This document shows positions 1-7,019 of a stretch of 7,331 nucleotides of DNA, piece by piece. Both the position numbers and the translations under genes were made by a program. Position 1 is the stretch's first letter. Every line of letters begins with the position of its first letter. The DNA comes from Amoeboradix gromovi X-113. Its lineage: Eukaryota > Fungi > Sanchytriomycota. The DNA lies in contig JADGIF010000515.1 of NCBI GenBank assembly GCA_018985225.1, positions 1 through 7,331 on the forward strand, in the 5' to 3' direction. The notes under the pieces were generated by a model that saw only the letters and a program-made list of their open reading frames with translations, was not told the origin of the DNA and ran no database searches.

Positions 1-111
1 CAAAATATCTAGAAAAGAGAAGTATTTATATAAGAAGAGACATACTTTCAATAAATGGTTTATTCAATAAAATTCATCATTTGTCGAATGTTAAGTGTAC
101 ATTAAAAACAT

Positions 112-1386
112 TTATTCAAATGGATCTGAAGTCGGTATGAATCCATGGCTGTAAGTTTTATTCTTGTAATCAACTACACCCTGACCATCTCCCTTCAATA
201 CATATTTGTATATCAACAAGCCTTCTAAACCGACTGGTCCACGTGCATGTATTTTATTTGTACTGACACCAATCTCAGCACCAAAACCGTATCTATATCC
301 ATCAGCAAACCTAGTGCTGCAGTTGAGGTATACTCCAGCAGAGTCTACTGATTTTAGAAATAAATTAGAGTTTGCTTTATTTTCTGTTATAATACAATCC
401 GTATGCTTCGAGCCATGCTTGTGTATATGGCGGATCGCAGCATGGATATCTGGTACATAAGATACAGCTATGATTAAATCCAAGAACTCTGTGTCAAAAT
501 CAGCATCAGTCGCTTTTTCCAACAATAAATCAGGGAAATTGCTGATAATTTCATTTGTAGCTCTAATCCTAACTTTATGAGCGATCAGAGCAGCTAATAT
601 GGCACGCACAGTCTGATTCGAACAGTTCTCATGAATTAGCAGGGTTTCTACAGAATTGCAAGCCGAAGGATAGTTTGTCTTGGAATCGATCACACAATGA
701 ATGGCTTTATCTAGCTCAGCAAACTCATCAATAAATACACAATTTATACCATCTGCATGTCCCAGAACAGAGATTTTACTTATTTGTTGGATATGCTGAA
801 CTAGCTGTTTTGATCCACGAGGAATTACTAAATCGATAAACTGGTTTAAGTTCAGTAGTTTGGTAACATCTTCTCTTGAGTGCACAAACTGTACCGGCTT
901 GAATTTGGGAAATATGGAAAAAATGATTTCTTGGAAATGTTTTACGGTGTTGATGGATTCTTTACCACCTTTTAAAATACAAGCATTGCCACTTTTAATG
1001 CATAAAGAAGCAATTTGTATTACTACTTCAGGTCTAGCTTCGAATATGACTAACAAGACACCAATGGGACAAGCCATTTTATATAGCGTCAGGTTTTTAT
1101 CCAGCTCTTTAGTCCAAAGAGGCGTCAGAGGATCTGGTAATGCACATACATCTAGGATGCCTTGAGCCATTGTGTCAAACTTCTCGCTAGTCAAAAGAAG
1201 TCTGCTTTCCAAGTTGAATTCGGTGTTTTCTTGAATATCAAGCAAATTAGCATTCAAAATACTGTCCTTATTGTTAATTATTGCGCTATGAAGATTCTGC
1301 AGTAATTCATTGCGAGCACGGTGGTTTAAACTTTGTAGTTTCAATGCGGAGTTTTGAGCTAGTTGACCAAGTTCAATCAGCGACAT
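112..1386 (-). CDS. proA: Gamma-glutamyl phosphate reductase (glutamate-5-semialdehyde dehydrogenase), fungal PRO2-like, about 424 aa
   Basis: Family motifs PIGVLLVIFEARP, SGNACILKGGKES, IDLVIPRGSKQLV, catalytic ACNSVETLL and STRFADGYRYGFGAEIGVSTNKIHARGPVGLEGL. The start is placed at the ATG at 1386 (MSLIELGQLAQNSA, which lines up with the PRO2/ProA N-terminus) rather than at the track's GTG at 1503. Confidence 0.96.
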   Translation of the reverse strand: MSLIELGQLAQNSALKLQSLNHRARNELLQNLHSAIINNKDSILNANLLDIQENTEFNLESRLLLTSEKFDTMAQGILDVCALPDPLTPLWTKELDKNLTLYKMACPIGVLLVIFEARPEVVIQIASLCIKSGNACILKGGKESINTVKHFQEIIFSIFPKFKPVQFVHSREDVTKLLNLNQFIDLVIPRGSKQLVQHIQQISKISVLGHADGINCVFIDEFAELDKAIHCVIDSKTNYPSACNSVETLLIHENCSNQTVRAILAALIAHKVRIRATNEIISNFPDLLLEKATDADFDTEFLDLIIAVSYVPDIHAAIRHIHKHGSKHTDCIITENKANSNLFLKSVDSAGVYLNCSTRFADGYRYGFGAEIGVSTNKIHARGPVGLEGLLIYKYVLKGDGQGVVDYKNKTYSHGFIPTSDPFE

Positions 1387-1906
1387 CTGCTTCAAAAAGT
1401 TACTCCTAAACTTCAAATATGTTAGGAAATGCTCTATAAAAAGCATGTAAATGTTAAAAGCGTATGGCGAAATAGGAAGACATTTTAGATTATAAAATAT
1501 CACAGAGCCTTGTCAAAAAGAGTTCTCGATACATGGCTGGCTAGAAGTATGAACTGATAGTAGCGACTTGTACCTAGAATATAGATGATAAGATATGGGG
1601 TCAATGAAAGCCCTGTGATATCAATGGTGTAGTAATCGTAAATAATACGATTCAATTGGATGCAAAGCCTTTGCAAAGAAGCGAACCGCAAACACCCTAT
1701 TAAGTAAAGTACTGTTTTAGTTAGTAGGCTCTAAAGAGGTGAACTATTGTATGGGCCAAACAAGACATCGAAATAACTAATAATCCTTATCCGCTCTAGA
1801 TTATTTAAGGGAGAATCCACAATGCGCTTTTCATCTGGGAGTTCTACATATTTCTGCACCATCAATACTTCTCTTTGGACATTCAAATCATATAGCTTGT
1901 ATCAAA

Positions 1907-2274
1907 CATATAGGACATCAAATATAAAAACTGGACTAACTTTCTATAACAACTTGGAACATTATTTCAGCTTTGTTAATTTTATGGATTTAAGAGGCGA
2001 GTGGACATTCAGCTAGTTGCGGAGCTGACGAGTATAAAAGGAAAATAAGTAAGAGTACCGTCTAAGAAAATGCACCTTTTGCTTAGATGCTCAAAGAGCT
2101 CATGTATTTGAGGGAGATGCAGGGTCTTCTAGTTTTATTTTAAAAAGAGGAATACAATCAATGAAAGAAAATTGGTATAATAGAAGATCTTTTATTAATG
2201 ACAGTATTTCCTCCGTATGGTGCACCTCCTTTAAATACGACTTAGTCTAGTTTTTATATTTGGTGCCCCATATG
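1907..2274. mobile_element. Non-autonomous TIR DNA transposon (MITE-like), copy 1, 368 bp including the possible target-site duplication
   Basis: 1907-1939 catataggacatcaaatataaaaactggactaa matches the reverse complement of 2242-2274 (catatggggcaccaaatataaaaactagactaa) at 29/33, with all mismatches being transitions. A homologous copy lies at 3606-4056. Confidence 0.82.
2053..2250 (+). pseudogene. 3' remnant of the element-encoded ORF (putative transposase C-terminus), copy 1
   Basis: 65 stop-free codons, EYRLRKCTFCLDAQRAHVFEGD...MKENWYNRRSFINDSISSVWCTSFKYDLV*, ending at a TAG inside the right TIR. Compared with copy 2 this frame shows about 12 synonymous changes and many conservative substitutions. 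Confidence 0.5.
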
Positions 2275-2571
2275 GAAGTAAAGAGTAGTTGCTCATAGTA
2301 GAGGAAAGCACAAGTTAGTTACATTTACGTTCCTGGTGTACAGATAAATACTAACAGAGTAATTTGTGCAACAAAAGCAGGTATTTTGTATGAATCACCT
2401 GAAAAAGTATGGGATGTGCCTTAACTAAACAGTACTGCCAGGCATCTAGGTTTGGATTAATCCCTAATACCACTCAGAGTCCGGGGAGATTAGATCAATC
2501 AAGTGTCATTTGACGATTTACCACTTTTCGAAAGCTGAAATCTTAATAAAAGCTAATAAGATGCAGGTTAT

Positions 2572-2994
2572 TTATTTACCAGTACTACCAAATCCACCAG
2601 ATCCACGGACTGTTGCTGGCAGCTTATCTACAATAGTTATTTCAGGAGTGCCAATCTTTTCAATAACAAGCTGCGCAATTCTATCGCCCTTTTTGATACT
2701 GTAGTCTACATTGTTAAAATTAAATAATACAACCCCCACAGGACCTCTATAATCACTGTCAATGACACCAGCACCAACATCAATGAAGTGCTTAGCAGCC
2801 AATGAACTTCTAGGTGCAATTCTGCCATAATATCCTTCTGGAATTGCAATAGCTAAATCTGTCGGGACTATGCCCTTATTGCTAGCTTTCAAAATCGTGT
2901 CTTTTGAGGCAAAGATGTCGTATCCAGCTGCGAACTCCGAATGTCTTTGAGGAATTTGAGCATCTTCGCTTAATTTTTGAACAAGGAGTTGCAT
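2572..2994 (-). CDS. dut: Trimeric dUTP diphosphatase (dUTPase), 140 aa
   Basis: All five dUTPase motifs are present: [31 protein letters not shown] and [10 protein letters not shown]. The style is eukaryotic or large-DNA-virus. Confidence 0.98.
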   Translation of the reverse strand: MQLLVQKLSEDAQIPQRHSEFAAGYDIFASKDTILKASNKGIVPTDLAIAIPEGYYGRIAPRSSLAAKHFIDVGAGVIDSDYRGPVGVVLFNFNNVDYSIKKGDRIAQLVIEKIGTPEITIVDKLPATVRGSGGFGSTGK

Positions 2995-3605
2995 GTAAAA
3001 TTAATTTGGAAATTTAAATAAATTATGTTAAAACCAATAAAAATAGTTTTGACAAAAATTTGAAACCGTATTTCATCAAGGTCCCACCAGGACATAAATT
3101 GGAGGCCTTGAGCGAGTGGAAAGTACAAAAACTAGAGTTAGTATTTCAAAATAATAGGCTTCGTTACACCGACAGTTTGCTTTTGAATTACGTAACCAGC
3201 TTATTGTTTAGTTGGCAGTAATGTTCTTATGAAGTGCTTAGAATCACAACTGGTCAGCTCCTTATTAAATGACTCGAGCTACGAGAAAAGCAAAAATGTT
3301 CGCAAAAAACTCATCAATCAAGTAGCTCCGGTGCAGTAGTTGCTTGGTTCCACTGGACTAGATCAGGGTTGAACAGGAGTGAAATATTTCAAGTCGTGAT
3401 TTCAATCTTCTTCTAAGTGCTAATTTGTTCAATCACGTCTATCCGGGTTCATATTTCTCAAAATAGCACGATTTCTGCTCACAAAGTGCAAAAGACTATG
3501 CTAATAAAGAGGAACTAATAGTGTGACTGCATCACATATCATGTTGGTGACAAAGTAGAGTAGCTTTGTATAAAATAGTTTGCCTAGTTGATACAATTGC
3601 TTTAA

Positions 3606-4056
3606 CAAGTGGGACATCAAATATAAAGACTAGAATAACTTTACAAAGTAGTCTGAATCGTTATTTCAAGTGTGTACTAACCGCTAGTAAATTAAATTAA
3701 TCTGTTCAAGTAAACTATTTTACTATAAAAGCTTTTCATCCATCAAAATCTTAGAAAAAATTACTAATACGAACAAGAGAAAACAAAAAATAAGTTATAC
3801 GAAAGGTCGTAAGAAGAAAAGCAAATAGAGCAGATAAAGAGTATTGTCTAAAATAATGCACCTTTTGCCTAGACAAAGACCTAATATATTTGAAAGAGAT
3901 AGTGCGTCATCTTTTGTTATTTTAAAGAGGTGAATGACATTAATGAAAGAAAATTGGTTAGAAAAAAGGACTTTTATCAACAACAGTATTTCCACCTTAT
4001 GGAGCACTTCCTTTAAAAAGGACTTGGTCTAGTTTTTGCATTTGGTGTTCCAACTG
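3606..4056. mobile_element. Non-autonomous TIR DNA transposon (MITE-like), copy 2, 451 bp including the possible target-site duplication
   Basis: 3606-3638 caagtgggacatcaaatataaagactagaataa matches the reverse complement of 4024-4056 (cagttggaacaccaaatgcaaaaactagaccaa) at 24/33. 3837-4056 aligns to 2051-2274 at about 77% identity (hand count of 41 differences over a 177-nt ungapped block) with one 4-nt indel. Confidence 0.78.
3839..4032 (+). pseudogene. 3' remnant of the element-encoded ORF, copy 2 (4-nt deletion, in-frame stops)
   Basis: EYCLK*CTFCLD/QRPNIFERDSASSFVILKR*MTLMKENWLEKRTFINNSISTLWSTSFKKDLV*, colinear with the copy 1 peptide and ending at the same TAG in the right TIR. Confidence 0.45.
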
Positions 4057-4095
4057 GTTGCTTTTTAATTTTAAAAAGTAATTTATTTAAACACA

Positions 4096-4126
4096 CCAAT
4101 TGCATCAGCTTGCCATACTATATAAA
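4096..4126 (+). promoter_or_regulatory. Putative RNA polymerase II core promoter: CCAAT (4096-4100) and TATATAAA (4119-4126)
   Basis: A consensus TATA box lies about 35 nt upstream of the ATG at 4161, with a CCAAT just upstream of it. The AT-rich background limits specificity. Confidence 0.4.
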
Positions 4127-4160
4127 GACTTGTAGGTTATTTCTGCAAGTTACTACTGTG

Positions 4161-4427
4161 ATGTTCAATCTGTTTATACTTTTTATTGCTGCAAACGCAT
4201 CAATCGTACCTACTAAGCCAATCTCGATTGATATCCAAAATCATAAAAAGTTGCCTAAATGTGTCCAAATTGTGTACATCTGGTTTAATAAACCATATTA
4301 TGACAGATGCAAAGATTGGTATATGAAAAATTCCGAAAAATTAGCCAAAGTAGGAGTACCATCCAAAAAAGTCGCAAACTTTGACGCATTTTGGAACTGT
4401 AACTATTGTCCGATATTTTTGAAGTAA
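4161..4427 (+). CDS. Small putative secreted cationic Cys-containing protein, 88 aa, unknown function
   Basis: The ATG at 4161 gives MFNLFILFIAANA, a short hydrophobic signal peptide with an A-N-A cleavage motif. The protein has 4 Cys including a C-terminal CNYC, 12 Lys plus 1 Arg against 5 acidic residues, and a TATA box upstream. No homolog recognised. Confidence 0.62.
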   Translation: MFNLFILFIAANASIVPTKPISIDIQNHKKLPKCVQIVYIWFNKPYYDRCKDWYMKNSEKLAKVGVPSKKVANFDAFWNCNYCPIFLK

Positions 4428-4763
4428 ATACCTATTTCTTTAAAATTTATACTCTTGTTTTTGCTCCCATGGTTTTACTTAATATAGGCTACCTAAATAC
4501 CTGAAAGGTAAACTGGTATTTTACTTAACACAACAAGTTTCAACCAATGCACTTCAAAGGACTTCTTGCTGCTGACCAGTATGATCAGCGATCCAGCGTA
4601 TAAGATTGTGCTCTGCTCCACATCTGCAATCGGAAATGCAACATCGAAAAAGTCTAGCTCTGATGGCAAGAATTCTTTGTTATGCAGAAAAAGAGACAGA
4701 AGACTGCACATGGAGAGCATGTAGATGTGATACAAGCAAGCGGCACTGTTTATTTGATGTCAT

Positions 4764-5912
4764 TTATTCCGAAAAGTCGTTGAGGATCAAATATCTATGC
4801 AAGCACCTAATCAGGGAGCGTGGGTCACTAACTGGATGGTCCCCGCTTGACTCCCACAGAATGACGCCCTTGAGATTCCTGCTGTACACCATCCTACACT
4901 TTTCCTTGACGCTTCTTGGTGTGTCATAGCTGTTGAAGACCCTTCGTTTTGCGTCGTAGCTGTAAGAGGCACCTGCATCTTCATCATATATCTCCAGTGC
5001 GCCATTCAGCGGCAGCTGCTTGTAGTCCACAACTCCATCTTCCCACGATTTGTCCAGAGATCCACCGGATGCCCCTGTGCCGGGCCCGTTAGTATTCGCG
5101 AACCCGCGGCTGTAGGTGGCTACCCCTATCATCATCTTCATCGGGTCTGCACCCAGCCCGATGAATGCATCGACAGCCTCCTCGACAGAGAGCGCAGCGT
5201 ACTTGGTGCTGTATGTGTTGGAGTGATGCGCACACACATTCTCGCCCCAGCTACCAGAATGAAAGTCGTAAGTCATGACATGCAGCTCATCCACAAGTTC
5301 GCTGATGTTTTTGACGTTGAACTTGATTTTGTTCCTGTCTGCAGTGCAGCAAAACGATATCTTGTAAGGCAGACAGCTGGACTGCAGATCATGTCGAAGC
5401 ACCTTGAGGAAGCTCACAAAGTTGACCTCGTCCTCTTTTCTTGCCTCGTTTCCTGCATTTCCGTAGTTGACGCCATCATTCGAGAGGTATTCCCAATCGA
5501 TGCTGATCCCGCTGAAAATCGGGTACCTAAGACAAAAGTCCACGATCGATCTTGCGAAATTCTGCTGGTTCTGTGGCAGCACCGCGCTGCTGAAGTGCCG
5601 GCTGAACGTCCATCCACCGATAGCCAGCGTGACCTGAAACTCCTTGCCTGCCTCTTTCAGCTTTGACAGCTGGTTGAAATTGCCATAGTATGACCTGCTC
5701 TCATTCCAGCTGTCTTTCGGCTCCACTCCCGAGTCTGTGAATCTCTTCTCGATTGTTGCATACGGATCTGCAATTGTGACATTTCCTAGCTGGTCTACAT
5801 TGACAAACGCATAGCTGATCGACGGTATATAGTCTATTGGAAGATCCGATATCTGGTAGTTGCGGCCATACGTGGACCATTCTGTGTGGTAGACCGTGAA
5901 TGTTTTGGACAT
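4764..5912 (-). CDS. Glycoside hydrolase family 18 chitinase, catalytic domain only, 382 aa
   Basis: GH18 motifs YHTEWSTYGR, ISYAF, LAIGGWTFS, catalytic FSGISIDWEY, HVMTYDF, IGVATYSRGF, SYDTPRSV and LKGVILWESSGD. Confidence 0.96.
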   Translation of the reverse strand: MSKTFTVYHTEWSTYGRNYQISDLPIDYIPSISYAFVNVDQLGNVTIADPYATIEKRFTDSGVEPKDSWNESRSYYGNFNQLSKLKEAGKEFQVTLAIGGWTFSRHFSSAVLPQNQQNFARSIVDFCLRYPIFSGISIDWEYLSNDGVNYGNAGNEARKEDEVNFVSFLKVLRHDLQSSCLPYKISFCCTADRNKIKFNVKNISELVDELHVMTYDFHSGSWGENVCAHHSNTYSTKYAALSVEEAVDAFIGLGADPMKMMIGVATYSRGFANTNGPGTGASGGSLDKSWEDGVVDYKQLPLNGALEIYDEDAGASYSYDAKRRVFNSYDTPRSVKEKCRMVYSRNLKGVILWESSGDHPVSDPRSLIRCLHRYLILNDFSE

Positions 5913-5972
5913 GTTTTAAAGAAAGAGGCAAAAAATCCGTTGTATAAAGGAGGTTAAATATGTTTTATGTGT

Positions 5973-6752
5973 TTACTGATTTAAAATTGCTTCCATCATA
6001 ATTACCGGGGTGTGTGATTTCCAATCATCCCAGAACCCATTTGGCATGGCTCCATTATCGTCAACCATTGTCTCAATGTATCGAAATGTGAATCCGGATT
6101 CTTCAAAAAGTTTTTTGATTAATAACCCGTCCATATGGTAGTTTGTAAACTCAACGCATCTTCCGTGATTGGTAATCTTAAAATCGATTGCCGTACCATT
6201 CGGAGGCTTACTTGTCCTACAGCTGACCTTCATTTCGTATCCGTATTTCTCTGTGTAGTGATAATCATTTGGCATAAAAAACGGATTTATATTTAATGTC
6301 ACAAATCTCCCATTTGGTACCAAACTAAGTTTCACATTTCTAATCATTTCCTGTAGCATGTGCTCGGATGTTGCATAGTTTAGCAGAAAAGAAGCTGAAA
6401 TAACATCAAACTTTCCTAAGTTCAGCTCGTCCATCTTAGTGCAGTCTGCGACATAATATTCGATATCGCTTCTCTGACTTTTAGCTAACTTTATCATTTC
6501 GCTGCTAATATCCACGCCTACAACTTGAGCAGCACCAGCGTCTTTGTAGATTCTTGAATATTTACCACCCCCAGTAGCCATATCCAATACTCGCAATCCA
6601 CCAACATATCCTACGAGATTCAGAAATGAGGGCAATTCAGAATACTTATGAGCTGGTAAATCATGCTTCAAATCGCAGTACTCTGCGGCCATGGAATTGT
6701 ACTCAGTTGCAGCTTTTTCTGCGGTCGTGCTTTCTGCATCTTTAACAGCCAT
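5973..6752 (-). CDS. Class I SAM-dependent methyltransferase, ToxA-like (toxoflavin methyltransferase-like) subfamily, 259 aa
   Basis: Motif I VLDMATGGG, post-I VVGVDISSEMI, motif II LGKFDVISASFLLNYA and motif III LVPNGRFV. The LLNYA...L..M pattern recalls Burkholderia ToxA-like enzymes. Confidence 0.9.
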   Translation of the reverse strand: MAVKDAESTTAEKAATEYNSMAAEYCDLKHDLPAHKYSELPSFLNLVGYVGGLRVLDMATGGGKYSRIYKDAGAAQVVGVDISSEMIKLAKSQRSDIEYYVADCTKMDELNLGKFDVISASFLLNYATSEHMLQEMIRNVKLSLVPNGRFVTLNINPFFMPNDYHYTEKYGYEMKVSCRTSKPPNGTAIDFKITNHGRCVEFTNYHMDGLLIKKLFEESGFTFRYIETMVDDNGAMPNGFWDDWKSHTPVIMMEAILNQ

Positions 6753-7019
6753 TTTAGGGTTTCAGCCAGTACTCGAAGGGCAACCTTGGAAGGCAATTCT
6801 AGCTCCTTATATTTTGTGATTCCTTGACAGTTATGTTTTAGTATGTTGAGCGTTGTAATTAAAGCGATTTTAAACAGTCTTTCGCTACCTTTAGAATTTT
6901 TATAGAATAAAAGGTGTAAGGAGATTCCGACATTAATTTTGGGAACTACTTAAAAATGCTACATTCCTGAGTAAATAATATGTATTAATGCAAAAAGTTC
7001 TAAAATATATAGGATTTAC

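Noticed and set aside
206-1165. Plus-strand ORFs 206-460 and 860-1165
   Set aside because: Antisense shadows of proA.
1387-1503. 39-aa N-terminal extension of ProA in the ORF track
   Set aside because: It begins at GTG, is AT-rich and non-homologous, and the family alignment starts at the Met at 1386.
1661-1678. Overlapping palindromes tgcaaag-c-ctttgca and ctttgcaaag
   Set aside because: Short, single occurrence, and no supporting context.
1500-2016. Short ORFs 1500-1691 (-) and 1822-2016 (+), and a roughly 57-codon minus frame at about 1730-1902
   Set aside because: Short, with no recognisable homology. 1822-2016 runs across the TIR boundary.
2065-2250. Tc1/IS630-like motifs 'ENAPF' and 'FPPYGAPPLN' in another plus frame of the element
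   Set aside because: The frame has stops shared by both copies, the spacing does not fit DD34E, the expected Glu would fall inside the TIR, and there is no consistent TA duplication.
2510-2704. 64-aa plus-strand ORF
   Set aside because: Largely antisense to dUTPase and starts at TTG.
3018-3221. About 67-codon open plus frame (LKPYFIKVPPGHKLEALSEW...)
   Set aside because: No in-frame ATG and no recognisable motif.
3321-3380. Weak A-box/B-box-like sequence with a small hairpin (possible tRNA or SINE)
   Set aside because: No cloverleaf can be folded and there is no GTTCRA T-loop.
3795-4007. 70-aa minus-strand ORF inside element copy 2
   Set aside because: The same frame in copy 1 has a stop and many radical second-position changes. 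The plus-strand frame explains the divergence better.
1907-4056. Interpretation of the two repeats as LTRs of a dUTPase-bearing retroelement
   Set aside because: Each repeat has its own long TIRs, there are no TG...CA ends, PBS, PPT or gag/pol remnants, and identity is only about 77%.
4493-4735. 80-aa minus-strand ORF downstream of the chitinase
   Set aside because: Non-ATG start as called and no recognisable family. It may belong to the GC-rich acquired segment but cannot be supported as a gene.
4606-5931. ORFs 4606-4929, 4811-5005, 5223-5666, 5414-5617 and 5701-5931
   Set aside because: They overlap the chitinase in other frames or on the other strand, and the high GC explains the scarcity of stops.
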